From an uncultured Methanosarcinales archaeon (GTDB lineage: Archaea > Nanobdellota > Nanobdellia > Woesearchaeales > CAZYIM01), in the NCBI GenBank assembly GCA_964647565.1, contig CAZYIM010000001.1:64001-128000 (forward strand): a stretch of DNA of 64,000 nucleotides, written 5' to 3'. A model generated the notes under the pieces. It worked only from the letters and a program-made list of their open reading frames with translations. It had not been told where the DNA came from and did no database searches. The translations under genes were made by a program, and so were the position numbers. Below are positions 20,005-30,615 of the stretch, in pieces (the stretch's first letter is position 1; the number at the start of each line of letters is the position of its first letter).

Positions 20005-20901
20005 ATGGACATCAAACCTATTTACACCCAATCTGAGGGTCCACTGAATGTCATCTGCTTTGGTTCTGGTTCTGGAACAACTATCGAGGCCCTGATTGCT
20101 GAGCAGAAGAGGCAGGAATTTATGGGGGAGCCCTTCTTCATGATCAGGGGCATCTTTGTCAATAAAAAATGTAGATGCATAGATATAGGTGAGAAGAATG
20201 ATATCCCTGTGATCTATAACAGCAAGGTACGATTCTTTAAGGATAGAAAAAAGAAGTATTCAGACAGGGATACCCTGATAGAATATGACAAGAAGAATCT
20301 TGAGATGCTAAATAAACAGTCTAAAAAAGATGGCTTCACTATTGACCTGATTGCTCTTGCAGGCTATTGGTCAATTGTTTCAGATCCAATACTAGAAGCG
20401 TTTCCTGATAAGATCATCAATAGCCACCCTGCAGACCTATCGATCCTTGATAAAAATGGAAAGAGGGTGTATGCAGGAACCTATGGCAGTGATTCGATCT
20501 ACCAGGCTATGCTGAGAGGGGATAAAGGTACAAAGACCTGCATCCATCTAGTCACAGCAGGTATTGATGAAGGTGAGATCCTGGTGACTTCTGAGCCCCT
20601 CACATTCTTCAAGGAAGTTGAGGAACTTAAGAATAAAAAATATGTACGGGGTCGAGGTACTCAGCAAGTCTTTAATGCTGTCAAGGAAGCTGGCCTCAGG
20701 GCTGCTTCAAGATATCATCAGGAGCTTCAGAAGCAAAGATGCGACTATCCTGCCTATATTACTGCAATGAACCTGATTGCTTTAGACAGGTTTTCGATTG
20801 TGGAAGAAGAGGGTGTCAGGCCTATAATCTTCGAAGATGTAGCTGATGAGGTAGAGTTGCCTTATCAAGGATATGACATGGCCAAACGCGGACCTTTCTA
20901 G
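20005..20901 (+). CDS. Formyltransferase (PurN-like)
   Basis: FGSGSGT, LAGY, NSHP, IHLVTAGIDEG. Confidence 0.8.
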   Translation: MDIKPIYTQSEGPLNVICFGSGSGTTIEALIAEQKRQEFMGEPFFMIRGIFVNKKCRCIDIGEKNDIPVIYNSKVRFFKDRKKKYSDRDTLIEYDKKNLEMLNKQSKKDGFTIDLIALAGYWSIVSDPILEAFPDKIINSHPADLSILDKNGKRVYAGTYGSDSIYQAMLRGDKGTKTCIHLVTAGIDEGEILVTSEPLTFFKEVEELKNKKYVRGRGTQQVFNAVKEAGLRAASRYHQELQKQRCDYPAYITAMNLIALDRFSIVEEEGVRPIIFEDVADEVELPYQGYDMAKRGPF

Positions 20902-21878
20902 AATACTCCTCCTCTCCAGAGTATGAATACAAGATAGATTAAATACATGACCACAAAGATAACTCCCTGATATACATCCAGCTGCTTTTTTTTCTTGCCC
21001 ACGAACATAAAGGCGAACAATAAGAATGTTGCAAAGAGCAGGTAGATGATGTCTATAGATATGTTGCCAGGCACTGCAATGGGCTTGATTAATGCGCTTG
21101 CCCCGAGCACATATGCAATATTGAAGACATTTGATCCTATTATGTTGCCAACTGCCATGTCAACCTTGTTCTTCTTGGCAGCAACAATACAGGTTACTAG
21201 CTCTGGAAAAGATGTGCCCAATGAAATTATGGTTGCGCTTATCAGGAATTCTGACATGCCCAACTGCCTTGCCATCACAACCGCCCCGTCCACAATCCAT
21301 TTGCCACCCAAGAAAAGACCAATAATTCCTACAACAATCATTCCGATGGAAAGCCAGATATTTCTCTGTTTCACATCAAACATATCACTCTCAACCTGGA
21401 GGCGGGTTTTCTTCACCATCTCATAAGCATAGTAAAGGAAGATGAAAAAGAACGCAAGCATCATAATTGCGTCTGACCTGCTGAATACAGATGTCTGCAG
21501 ATTGTCAATGACCTTGTCATGCACAGCAACGAACAATATCAATGTCGCCAGGAAGCTGAAAGGTATCTCTTTCCAGACAGTAGAATGGTGTACGTCGATA
21601 TGATGTACTAAGGCAGTCACGCCTAATATTAATAAAAGATTGAAGAGATTACTTCCAATGATATTACCAATAGCAATGCCCCCGCTGCCATTCAGGGCTG
21701 CAATCACATTAACTACAAATTCAGGCATGGATGTGCCAAAAGCAACCACTGTCAAACCAATGACCAATGCAGAGACCTTGAATCTCTTGGCAATAGAAGA
21801 TGCACCCTCAACAAGAAGGTCTGCACCCTTGATGATAAAAAAAAATCCTATTACAAACAGTATATAAGTTAATATCAT
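20898..21878 (-). CDS. Calcium/sodium antiporter (YrbG family)
   Basis: Two GTSxPE / GNIIGSN alpha repeats. Confidence 0.9.
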   Translation of the reverse strand: MILTYILFVIGFFFIIKGADLLVEGASSIAKRFKVSALVIGLTVVAFGTSMPEFVVNVIAALNGSGGIAIGNIIGSNLFNLLLILGVTALVHHIDVHHSTVWKEIPFSFLATLILFVAVHDKVIDNLQTSVFSRSDAIMMLAFFFIFLYYAYEMVKKTRLQVESDMFDVKQRNIWLSIGMIVVGIIGLFLGGKWIVDGAVVMARQLGMSEFLISATIISLGTSFPELVTCIVAAKKNKVDMAVGNIIGSNVFNIAYVLGASALIKPIAVPGNISIDIIYLLFATFLLFAFMFVGKKKKQLDVYQGVIFVVMYLIYLVFILWRGGVF

Positions 21879-21919
21879 ATATGACTCTCTAGAGTTAAGC
21901 TTTAAAAAGTTTGTTGTAG

Positions 21920-22408
21920 TTACAGTCGAATGCTAGGATCCACAACTATCCTTATGTTTGCTTCTCTGACGAATTTCTCAGCAAGCTCAAAGTTATATGA
22001 CTGATTCTGCAGCTTTGGAAGAAGGATATGGTTAGCCTTATCCTGGTAGATTTCGTCAGGAGTAACCAATTTCTCTATACCTGCCTCGACTATGGCTCCA
22101 GCACATGTTGAGCAGGGAAACCATTCGTTCATATGTATAGTACCTCCGCCCAATACATAACCAGCTTGTGCTGCATGTGAAATGCCTTTTATTTCTGCAT
22201 GGATGCCAGTACAGAGTTCCATGCCTTCACCAGAAGGATAACCCGCCCTTAGGCAGCCATCATGCGGAATGCCTCTTGTAGGAGGTCCGTTCCAGCCAAG
22301 AATATAATTGTGCGATACAGTCTCGATCACAACTGCAACTGCATGTTTCTCGCAAACTTTCTCCAAAAGAGCTTTATTAAGTAAATCTCTTATTTTATTC
22401 ACTAACAA
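21920..22408 (-). CDS. dCMP deaminase-family zinc deaminase
   Basis: GWNG; HAE; PCSTC. Confidence 0.85.
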   Translation of the reverse strand: MLVNKIRDLLNKALLEKVCEKHAVAVVIETVSHNYILGWNGPPTRGIPHDGCLRAGYPSGEGMELCTGIHAEIKGISHAAQAGYVLGGGTIHMNEWFPCSTCAGAIVEAGIEKLVTPDEIYQDKANHILLPKLQNQSYNFELAEKFVREANIRIVVDPSIRL

Positions 22409-22464
22409 CCACCCCTGGAATCTAGGATAATCAAAATAATATATATTCTTTTCTATGCTCGATA

Positions 22465-22698
22465 CTATAGTTTAGCTTTTGCTTCCTTGCCCCAGCGAAC
22501 AGAATTCCACGCCCGTTCATGTATATAGTAGAAGAGCATCTTAAGACTTATCTCAAAGACACTGACACCTAATGTCAATGTGAAGCTGCCAGTAAAGATA
22601 TAGACCAGGATTGCAGTGGTCAACGATGCTATGACCCTCCAGGTTATTGCCTTTACAACGCTCCTTTCATGTTTCTCCTTGAATAGTTTTTTAATCAT
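22465..22698 (-). CDS. DUF2061 membrane protein
   Basis: RSVVKAITWR...YYIHERAW..VRWG. Confidence 0.85.
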   Translation of the reverse strand: MIKKLFKEKHERSVVKAITWRVIASLTTAILVYIFTGSFTLTLGVSVFEISLKMLFYYIHERAWNSVRWGKEAKAKL

Positions 22699-22784
22699 TG
22701 AACGCACCTCTTGTAAGAGTTATTAGGAAGTTCTGTTTAATATTTTTCGGTAAGGTTTATATATGTGTTAGATTTAAGATAGTT

Positions 22785-23114
22785 ATGGAAGTGAAGAACA
22801 AAGCAGTGGGAACCAAGGGCTTCAAATTGTTTATTGAGATAAACGGCAAAGAGCTGGCCAGGGCATATCTTTATGTGCTCAAGAATAACCTGCACCGCCA
22901 GCCTTTTGGCCTGATGGAAGATGTCTTTGTCGCTGAAGAATGCAGGGGTAAAGGTATAGGGTCTGAATTGGTCAAACAAGTCATTGTAAAGGCTATCTCA
23001 ATGGACTGTTATAAGCTGATCTGTACCTCAAGGCATTCCAAGCCAAAAGTCCACGAGCTCTATCTCAAGCTGGGTTTCAAGGATCACGGCAGGGAATTTA
23101 GGCTGGACTTCTAA
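22785..23114 (+). CDS. GNAT N-acetyltransferase
   Basis: EDVFV..CRGKGIG; LYLKLGF. Confidence 0.9.
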   Translation: MEVKNKAVGTKGFKLFIEINGKELARAYLYVLKNNLHRQPFGLMEDVFVAEECRGKGIGSELVKQVIVKAISMDCYKLICTSRHSKPKVHELYLKLGFKDHGREFRLDF

Positions 23115-23151
23115 AAAGCTTTTTATATGGACTTGTATTTCCTCTTCTATA

Positions 23152-23454
23152 ATGGAACCTGAAATTAGAGTAGTTGATGGAAAATTGGTCTGTGACTATG
23201 GATCACACTGCTGGGCTGAAGGTGTTATCGATGGAAATATTTTTAAGATCACTTATCACGAACCAGAACACATAATGATAGGCAGTGTTGAAGGTAATCC
23301 TAATGATATTAAAGAATGCACTATCGAGCACAAACTCGACTGTTTACCCGCAGATCGGATGAAGAGTGCAAGGACAATCTTCAAAAGGGACCTTGGCTAT
23401 GTTGCCAGGATAAGCGGAGATCAGTTTCCACCGATGGATTATTTCTTCATGTAG
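23152..23454 (+). CDS. Hypothetical protein
   Basis: ORF with a TATA-like box upstream. Confidence 0.6.
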   Translation: MEPEIRVVDGKLVCDYGSHCWAEGVIDGNIFKITYHEPEHIMIGSVEGNPNDIKECTIEHKLDCLPADRMKSARTIFKRDLGYVARISGDQFPPMDYFFM

Positions 23455-24122
23455 AACATTCTTTTCTTTTCATCAAACCTTTCTATAGCATATCTAAGCA
23501 TGGTCCTGGGCATATGCTTGTAGTGTTTTATTAGGAATCTTTCTTCAACTGCCTGGTCTTTCTTACCTATCTCCCTTAGCATCCAGCCAACAGCCTTGTG
23601 GATCAGGTCATGCTTGTCTTTTAACAGGATTTCAGCGATTTTCAATGAGTCATTGAAATCTTCCTCTCTTATGAAATAGAAGGTTGAGATAATTGAGATG
23701 CGTTTTTCCCAAAGGTCTTTTGATCTGGCTAGTTGGTATAGTATTGATCTGTCCTTGTCAAACAGGTAGTGCCCGACAACATGAGGAGATGTAACATCGA
23801 CCAAGTCCCAGTTGTTGATTCTATTAGTGTTTTTTAGGTAGAAATCATAGTATTTTTTCTTGTCTTTTGATTGTTTGTATTTGTTGACTAACACAATCAA
23901 ACCTGTCATCCTGTGCTCATGGACTTTACTGTTGAGCAGGGCTTGGATCTCAGTCAATGAAAGCTGAGTGAATTTTTTTGCTATAGCTCTCTGCTCAGGC
24001 ATAGTAACTCCGATGAACTTGTCACCTTCACCATACTGACCCTTGCCTGTCTTGAAGAATCTTTGTAGAATTTTGGCCTTGTCGGGCCTTGCATGTTTTT
24101 GCAGCTCTTTTTTTATATCCAT
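23439..24122 (-). CDS. AlkD-family DNA alkylation repair protein
   Basis: FFKTGKGQYGEGD; NNWDLVD; KAVGWMLRE; RYAIE. Confidence 0.9.
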   Translation of the reverse strand: MDIKKELQKHARPDKAKILQRFFKTGKGQYGEGDKFIGVTMPEQRAIAKKFTQLSLTEIQALLNSKVHEHRMTGLIVLVNKYKQSKDKKKYYDFYLKNTNRINNWDLVDVTSPHVVGHYLFDKDRSILYQLARSKDLWEKRISIISTFYFIREEDFNDSLKIAEILLKDKHDLIHKAVGWMLREIGKKDQAVEERFLIKHYKHMPRTMLRYAIERFDEKKRMFYMKK

Positions 24123-24174
24123 GTTCCAAGTGTAAAACATATTATTTATAAATTTTGAGAAATTCCCTTTATTT

Positions 24175-25089
24175 ATGTATGATCTGGTTGGTCTGACCAA
24201 TGCTATCACAGACGTGGTTGTTGGGGTAAAGGAAAAGGATTTAACAAGGTTTGGTCTAAATAAAGGAGTCTATAATCGAAGAAGTGAAATCCCTTTTGAT
24301 GAGATTCTCAAATTTATGTCTTTGAGTGATTCTGTATCCATTCCAGGAGGCTCGCCAGCCAATGTTGTGCACGGAGTTGCTAAACTTGGTGGCAAGACAG
24401 CCCTCTTTGGCACTGTTGGCAAGGATAACTATGGCACCTTGTTCAGAGAGCATATTGTCAGTGCAGGAATAGATCCATTCATAAGAACAGTCGAGGGAAA
24501 AAGTGCGGTATGTTATATTCTAGTTACACCTGATGGAGAAAAGACCCCCTTTGCAGACCTTGGTGTTGCAAACCAGTTTGAATATACTAAGGAACTGATG
24601 GCAAATACAAAGATGTTTCACACTTCCGGCTATGAGCTGGTCAACAATCCAGAGAAGACTAGGGAGCTAATTGAATATGCATTGTCAAGAGGCGCCATTT
24701 TGAGCTATGACCTGGCAGCGCCCATTGAGATTGCAAAAGAGAGGAAACAGGTAGAGGATTTATTGGCTGAGGTTGATGTGCTCTTTTCTACAGAGGAAGA
24801 ATGCACAGAGATAATGGAGATGGAGCTTGAGTATGCAGAGGCACAATTAGCAGATATTGTACCGGTCCTGGCCTTGAAAAGAGGTGCAAGGGGATCCACT
24901 GTCTATAAAGGCGGGAATAAACAGGACATACCTATAGTTGATGTGAGGATTATAAACAGAAACGGTGCTGGCGATGGCTATGCAGCTGGTTTCCTGAGCG
25001 AATATCTCAAAGGCTCAGATGTTGAAACTTGCGGCAAGAAAGGCAGTGAATATGCTGCGTATGTTTGTTCTAGAGTGCAGCCGTTTTAA
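24175..25089 (+). CDS. PfkB-family (adenosine kinase-like) kinase
   Basis: PGGSPAN; GTVGKDNYG; NGAGDGY. Confidence 0.85.
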   Translation: MYDLVGLTNAITDVVVGVKEKDLTRFGLNKGVYNRRSEIPFDEILKFMSLSDSVSIPGGSPANVVHGVAKLGGKTALFGTVGKDNYGTLFREHIVSAGIDPFIRTVEGKSAVCYILVTPDGEKTPFADLGVANQFEYTKELMANTKMFHTSGYELVNNPEKTRELIEYALSRGAILSYDLAAPIEIAKERKQVEDLLAEVDVLFSTEEECTEIMEMELEYAEAQLADIVPVLALKRGARGSTVYKGGNKQDIPIVDVRIINRNGAGDGYAAGFLSEYLKGSDVETCGKKGSEYAAYVCSRVQPF

Positions 25090-27365
25090 GGGTAGGTTTC
25101 AGTCTTATGCAAGAAAAGTGAATCATAATCTTTAGCTAAACTTACATCATAATAGTGAAGACGCTCACCTAGCTCTTCAGGTCCAAAGAAATGTTTTGTC
25201 CCATCTGCTTTTGGAAAGGAAACTGCTATATTAAAATAGCTGCATACTGCCCTGAAGAGTTCTTCAGGATATCTGTCAAAAGAACTTGTTCCCAAGCATT
25301 TCCCAAGATCATATTCACTCTGGTTATGGGTAACCCCGACGAGTTTTGTTTTGTTAATCCTGTCTTCATACATCTCGATCTTGAGTTTTGTGTACTGCAG
25401 CTTGAATTGGTCAATGCCTGCAGGAACAAGACCTGCTTCATGTGACAAGGGCTCCATTACAGTTACATTATCAGTGTCAAGGTATGACTTGATCATTTCT
25501 GATGAATCATTGACATCCTTATAAGGCAGAACATAAACCTTACCACCTTCTTCAATATGTCTATCAAGATCTGGTTTCATGCAGAACTCATTGTACTGAT
25601 ACCATTCATTGTCTAGATGTGTTTTGGCCAGATCAGGATGCAAGATGATATAGGCTTCATATTTCCGGTCTGCAGGTTCTGTTTCGCCTGTAAGCATCTT
25701 TTCCTGGGTTATTGCTGTGATCTCAAGAGGTTTTATATCTTCAACGAACTTTTTACTTTTCATTTGTGCAATTCTACCCCTGAGTTCCGGCAAAGGGATG
25801 CCCATGTTGAATTCCAATAATCTCAATATGTTTCCACAAGCCTGATCATCCATTTTCTCGAAATACCAATATCTTGCGCCAGATAAAACACCTAAAAGCA
25901 CATCGTATTGATAAATTTCATCCAAAGTTTCAGGAGTGACAGTTTCCCCTTTTAGTTCATTCTGAGTGACCTTCAAAAGATGAGCTTTCCACTCTTCCTG
26001 ATATGGCAGTAAGTTTTCCTCACCACCATGTTTATTATAATGACGTTCAGTTGTAACATCTTCACCACTATTTATCTTATCTATATTATCTTGAGATTCT
26101 CTACTGTAAACATGACCATTTATCATTCCCCTGCTAGTGCATTCAAGATAATAATGTATGAAATCACTGCTTAAATTTTCATAATAGTACCTTATCTTTC
26201 CTGCCACCTCAGGATTGAACTTGACAGCTGTATGGCCGATGTCTTCATAGACATAATGAAGGTCATTCCAATTGCCTAATTGGTCTACATTAAGCTGTGT
26301 TAATAAATAGTCAAGCAGGCCCATGCCAATCACTCTCTTTTGGTCTGGAGTGATCTTGTCTTTGATTTTGCTCATTCTAAAATGCATTAATCTGAAATGG
26401 ATGCTCAGTCCTTGATCGATATTATCAATAACCTTATGATAGATTTTTGTAGCTTCTTCGTCTACAGCACCAGTTTCATCAAGCACTTTTTCTTCCAGTG
26501 ATTTTTTAAGAAGTTCTTTAACTGGATTTTTGGTTCCATACAGATGATAGAATGCGCCTATCGGCTCATTAGATCTTTTAACTATGGCTTTTGTTTCTTG
26601 TTTGGGTATTTCTACGCCATATTGAGGGAACAAGGATAATGATTCATCTGACAATGCCCTGAAATCATAAATGCCAAGCCATCTGTCCCAGAGTGAGCTT
26701 TGCCCTCTGTGATCAAAAAAGCCTGGAATCTGTCTTTTTACCAGTTCCTCATAGAACTTGATATATCTGTCATCAAACTTCTTGATATCCAATGGCTCCA
26801 GCTTAACTGATGCTCTCAATGGATTGAATGTAGTAGGTAATAGTAAAAGATTGACTCCATAATAATCCTTCAGCTCATCTGGAAGCAGATTATATTCTGG
26901 AACTTTTAATAGGGTTTTTTTAAGGTTTCTAGCAGAAATATCTGGGTTGGTCCAGGTCTTGCCCTTTTTTTCCAAGATGCCTGATTCAAGAAGAGCTCGA
27001 GGGATATTACTGGAGATTTCTGTGGCAGCTGTGTCCAATTCATTAAAAGTCTTGAATTCACCTGAATATCCTTGAAAAGATTTGAAGAGTGATGTTGCAA
27101 TAGCAAGATATATTGGAAATTTGAAATCTGGTAGAAGAATGCCAGGAATCCTATTAAGCCCTTGAGCAAGTTTCCTTATCCTATCCAGCTTGCTCTTATA
27201 CTCACCTTTTTGAAATTTGTTGTAAGCCCAGTCAACTTCTTGATCCAGGCCAAAGAATCCAAAGTCCGGCGGTGTATCTGCTGGGAAAAACAGTTCCTGA
27301 CCATCTTTATCAAGGGCAATGTTCCTAAGATCTGGAACGTCCGAATTCCTTTTTACAGGTAGCAT
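25086..27365 (-). CDS. Large hypothetical protein (~759 aa)
   Basis: Long ORF; start reassigned to ATG 27365 from TATA spacing. Confidence 0.75.
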   Translation of the reverse strand: MLPVKRNSDVPDLRNIALDKDGQELFFPADTPPDFGFFGLDQEVDWAYNKFQKGEYKSKLDRIRKLAQGLNRIPGILLPDFKFPIYLAIATSLFKSFQGYSGEFKTFNELDTAATEISSNIPRALLESGILEKKGKTWTNPDISARNLKKTLLKVPEYNLLPDELKDYYGVNLLLLPTTFNPLRASVKLEPLDIKKFDDRYIKFYEELVKRQIPGFFDHRGQSSLWDRWLGIYDFRALSDESLSLFPQYGVEIPKQETKAIVKRSNEPIGAFYHLYGTKNPVKELLKKSLEEKVLDETGAVDEEATKIYHKVIDNIDQGLSIHFRLMHFRMSKIKDKITPDQKRVIGMGLLDYLLTQLNVDQLGNWNDLHYVYEDIGHTAVKFNPEVAGKIRYYYENLSSDFIHYYLECTSRGMINGHVYSRESQDNIDKINSGEDVTTERHYNKHGGEENLLPYQEEWKAHLLKVTQNELKGETVTPETLDEIYQYDVLLGVLSGARYWYFEKMDDQACGNILRLLEFNMGIPLPELRGRIAQMKSKKFVEDIKPLEITAITQEKMLTGETEPADRKYEAYIILHPDLAKTHLDNEWYQYNEFCMKPDLDRHIEEGGKVYVLPYKDVNDSSEMIKSYLDTDNVTVMEPLSHEAGLVPAGIDQFKLQYTKLKIEMYEDRINKTKLVGVTHNQSEYDLGKCLGTSSFDRYPEELFRAVCSYFNIAVSFPKADGTKHFFGPEELGERLHYYDVSLAKDYDSLFLHKTETYP

Positions 27366-27389
27366 ATATGCAGAAAAACACACTTCCTC

Positions 27390-27431
27390 TTTATAAAGGT
27401 TTTGATTTTTTACCACTAATGGGTGATAAAA
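27390..27431 (-). promoter_or_regulatory. Palindromic operator + TATA
   Basis: TTTTACCACT-AATG-GGTGATAAAA (27408-27431); TATA 27390-27397. Confidence 0.7.
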
Positions 27432-27432
27432 C

Positions 27433-28113
27433 TCAAAGCCTGTTTGTCTTTAAATACCATTCCTTGCGGAACTGGATTAAGAAGGATCTCATAAATGTAT
27501 GACGATCTTCTGCAAGCTTATGCGCAGTCTCTGTATTCATGTTATCCTTTAATTTCAGCAGTTTATCATAGAAATGATGTATTGCAGATGGTTCTGCAGC
27601 ATCATGCTCATCATATGTTGCTTTTTCCTGTACCAGATCAGGATTCCAAAGAGCCATCTTGTGTGCCCCTGCATAGGAAAAAGCCCTTGAAACGCCTATA
27701 GCCCCTAATGCATCAAGGTTGTCTGCGTCCTGAACAATCAAAGTGTTGATGTCAGTGACCTGGTTGCCTTTTTTAGAGAATGAATAGTTCTCGTGATGTT
27801 CTATGCAGTAAAGGATCATTTTTTGCTTATCCAATGGCATCCTGCACTCATCCAGAATAATCTTGGCTTCACCTAAAGATTCCTTGGGAGAAACATATTG
27901 TTCCCTGTCAACAGACATGAACCTGTGCAGGTCATGGATAGAAAGGGCAGTACCGATCACCAATCTGTCGCCACCTTCACGCTCCTGTATATAAAGGCCT
28001 AGATCTCGTGCTCTCTTGTGATGGTAGAGATCATGATCAGGCGAAAAACAATCAGTATACAACTCCATATGCTTGTCCAGAATCATGAATAATTGTTCAA
28101 GCTGCTCTTCCAT
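27433..28113 (-). CDS. HD-domain phosphohydrolase (YedJ-like)
   Basis: HD..H, HD, QDADNLDALGAIG, HFYDKLL. Confidence 0.9.
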   Translation of the reverse strand: MEEQLEQLFMILDKHMELYTDCFSPDHDLYHHKRARDLGLYIQEREGGDRLVIGTALSIHDLHRFMSVDREQYVSPKESLGEAKIILDECRMPLDKQKMILYCIEHHENYSFSKKGNQVTDINTLIVQDADNLDALGAIGVSRAFSYAGAHKMALWNPDLVQEKATYDEHDAAEPSAIHHFYDKLLKLKDNMNTETAHKLAEDRHTFMRSFLIQFRKEWYLKTNRL

Positions 28114-28576
28114 AAGATTGGGAAAAATTAACTAGTTTATAATCCTTTCTTTTAAGGCGGACATACATCCTCTCGTAAGGGAATTGTTTGGTTCCAAAGC
28201 CATGCTCATCCCTAAGATAGAGTGCCCTGTTTGAGTCAAAAGCCACCTTGAAATGCGGTGTTTTCTGAGCCCATATAGACTCATAGCAGCTTGGTCCAAA
28301 ATGTATGAATTCGACAAGATGATCTTTCTGCCATTTCCGTTCCATATGGCAGTATTCTAATACGCTTGGTTTTCCCCAGTCCGGTTGTATATCGTCCTTG
28401 AAAAGATCATCAGAAGTGGATGATTTACCTTTTCTCGAATAGAATTCTAATTTCGTTCCCTTGGGTTCAAACAGCTGTTTAAGTTGTTCTTCAAAAGCCA
28501 GGAAGTTATCATACATAAGATCATAAGGTTCCATTGAATTAACTAGTTCTACCAATTGATTGTGGTTAAGAGACAT
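28097..28576 (-). CDS. Hypothetical protein
   Basis: ORF overlapping the HD gene start. Confidence 0.65.
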   Translation of the reverse strand: MSLNHNQLVELVNSMEPYDLMYDNFLAFEEQLKQLFEPKGTKLEFYSRKGKSSTSDDLFKDDIQPDWGKPSVLEYCHMERKWQKDHLVEFIHFGPSCYESIWAQKTPHFKVAFDSNRALYLRDEHGFGTKQFPYERMYVRLKRKDYKLVNFSQSYGRAA

Positions 28577-28649
28577 AAAAAAGGGAAAGATGAGGTAATA
28601 TTTAATTATTTACGTTAAATTTTTAATATATTTTATCTTTCTCTCCTCT

Positions 28650-29174
28650 ATGAACGTAAAAGAAGCTATTGAAAAAAGAAGGAGTATTAGGAAGTATGAT
28701 GACAAAGAGGTTACCGAAGAGGTTTTAAGGGAGCTTATCGACGCTGCTAGACTGGCGCCGTCAGGCAACAATGCCCAGCCATGGTATTTCAAGATAGTTA
28801 CCAGTGCAGAGGACAAAAAGAAACTGAAGGATAGTAATATGTATCCGCAGGACTTTGTCTATACTGCACCAGTGCTTATTATTTGTTGTGCAGATCCAAG
28901 CGTCTATCCTGCTGGCGAATTCATCAAGGGCATGGATCATCCAAACCAGGTAAGGGCCATAAGGGACCTGTCGTTGGCTTGCGAGAATTTAGTGTTAAGA
29001 GCTGTTGAGCTTGGACTTGGCACCTGCTATATTGGATGGATGGACAAGGAAAAGGTCAAGGATCTGCTGGATATACCAAAGGATTACATTGTTCCCTACA
29101 CAATAACTGTAGGCTATCCTGCTGGTGGAGCCGGTGAGCCAAAGAAGAAGAGTGCTGACGATATTTTACTTTAG
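28650..29174 (+). CDS. Nitroreductase family protein
   Basis: RRSIRKY; APSGNNAQPW; GLGTCYIG. Confidence 0.9.
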   Translation: MNVKEAIEKRRSIRKYDDKEVTEEVLRELIDAARLAPSGNNAQPWYFKIVTSAEDKKKLKDSNMYPQDFVYTAPVLIICCADPSVYPAGEFIKGMDHPNQVRAIRDLSLACENLVLRAVELGLGTCYIGWMDKEKVKDLLDIPKDYIVPYTITVGYPAGGAGEPKKKSADDILL

Positions 29175-29196
29175 TTGAACATATTCAGGTGGTTAA

Positions 29197-29664
29197 ATGC
29201 AAGAGCTATACATAGATGATATTATTGAGAAGACTAAGAAATTAAGCAAAGAGAAGAAGCATAAGAAGACAAAATTCTATAACTTAATTGGTGAAGTCGT
29301 GCCTGATGAATGCCACATCCATCTTTCTACCAAAGAATGCACTATAATCATATTTGACGAAAAAAAACAGAGCTACACGAAAGCAGCAGTAGATTATAAA
29401 TCAGGATCATATCAAGGTAGAACAATTCTCCCGACAGATGAAATTTTCAGTCTCGATAACTATAAAGCTACCTCCTCAATTATTCCAAGCTATTGCTTTA
29501 ATTATCCTTCTAATAAATGGACTGTTGGCCCGTTTATTCTGTTTGTAAAAAAAATATTCACACACAATCACTCTCCTGTTGCTGAAATCGGACAGTTGAT
29601 AGATAAAGATTATCCTGTAAAGTATTACGCACCAAGAACAGATAAGATACCAACAATAGAATAA
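29197..29664 (+). CDS. IPTIE-tail family paralogue 1
   Basis: MQELYIDD...RTDKIPTIE. Confidence 0.85.
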   Translation: MQELYIDDIIEKTKKLSKEKKHKKTKFYNLIGEVVPDECHIHLSTKECTIIIFDEKKQSYTKAAVDYKSGSYQGRTILPTDEIFSLDNYKATSSIIPSYCFNYPSNKWTVGPFILFVKKIFTHNHSPVAEIGQLIDKDYPVKYYAPRTDKIPTIE

Positions 29665-29666
29665 AA

Positions 29667-30119
29667 ATGCAAGAGCTATACATAGATGATGTGATTGAGA
29701 AAGCACATGATCTAGAAAAACAAAAGAAGTATAAGAAAAAGATTTTCACAGAACGTCTCTTGGCTTTGATGCCAAAAAAAGGTCACATAGTACTCAGCGG
29801 CAAGAGGGGAGATATCATCATTTATGATCAGAAAAGCCAGTCCTATAGAAAAGCTTTATTTGATATCGAAGACGGCAATCCGATTGCAGGAAACCAACTT
29901 TTTGAGATCGAAGATTACAAACCGTCCATACCAATAACTAATGAATACTTGATGGATGAGTTAACCACTGCTAAAGAAGCTGCAAATTTTATTTGTTTTT
30001 TAATAGGATTACATGACAAATACAAATCTCCAGTCATTGAGTTCGGCAGGAGAGCAAACAGATATTTTCCTATAAAGGCTTACTCTCAAAGAACAGACAG
30101 GATACCAACAATAGAATAA
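29667..30119 (+). CDS. IPTIE-tail family paralogue 2
   Basis: MQELYIDD...RTDRIPTIE. Confidence 0.85.
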   Translation: MQELYIDDVIEKAHDLEKQKKYKKKIFTERLLALMPKKGHIVLSGKRGDIIIYDQKSQSYRKALFDIEDGNPIAGNQLFEIEDYKPSIPITNEYLMDELTTAKEAANFICFLIGLHDKYKSPVIEFGRRANRYFPIKAYSQRTDRIPTIE

Positions 30120-30121
30120 AA

Positions 30122-30613
30122 ATGGAAATACCAACAATAGATGACTGGCTGGAAAAAGCAGATCAATTAAGCCAAAAGAAAAAATATAAGAACAAAAACC
30201 TAGTTGAGAGACTGGGCAATATAATGCCTAAAAAAGGTAAGTTTTACCTGTCCGGTAAGCAAGGCACTGTCATATATTTTAATATTCCAAGTGAGAGCTA
30301 TAAGCAAGCCATCCTGGGATTCAGTAATAAACAAGAGGCCCAGTTCGAATATAATTTAGAATATATCTTTCCGGGAGAAAAATCATTCAGTCTTGAAGGC
30401 TATAAAGCAACAATTCCAATAACCAACAAAGAATTTTTTTATTATCCCTATAAGTCAGAAGAAAAGCACAATGGTGCTCAATTCCTTTATTTTATCCTTA
30501 AGTTGTTCAAGGAGTACAAATCACCAATCATGCAGATAGGACAAAAAAAGAACAGGTTCTATCCGTTCCAGTTCTACGGCCCAAGAAAAGACAAGATACC
30601 AACAATAGAATAA
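30122..30613 (+). CDS. IPTIE-tail family paralogue 3
   Basis: MEIPTIDD...RKDKIPTIE. Confidence 0.85.
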   Translation: MEIPTIDDWLEKADQLSQKKKYKNKNLVERLGNIMPKKGKFYLSGKQGTVIYFNIPSESYKQAILGFSNKQEAQFEYNLEYIFPGEKSFSLEGYKATIPITNKEFFYYPYKSEEKHNGAQFLYFILKLFKEYKSPIMQIGQKKNRFYPFQFYGPRKDKIPTIE

Positions 30614-30615
30614 AA

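Noticed and set aside
27366..27416. N-terminal extensions in the ORF track (also 54422-54460, 24123-24209, 62791-63006)
   Set aside because: They run through TATA/operator sequence or neighbouring genes; downstream ATGs fit promoter spacing better
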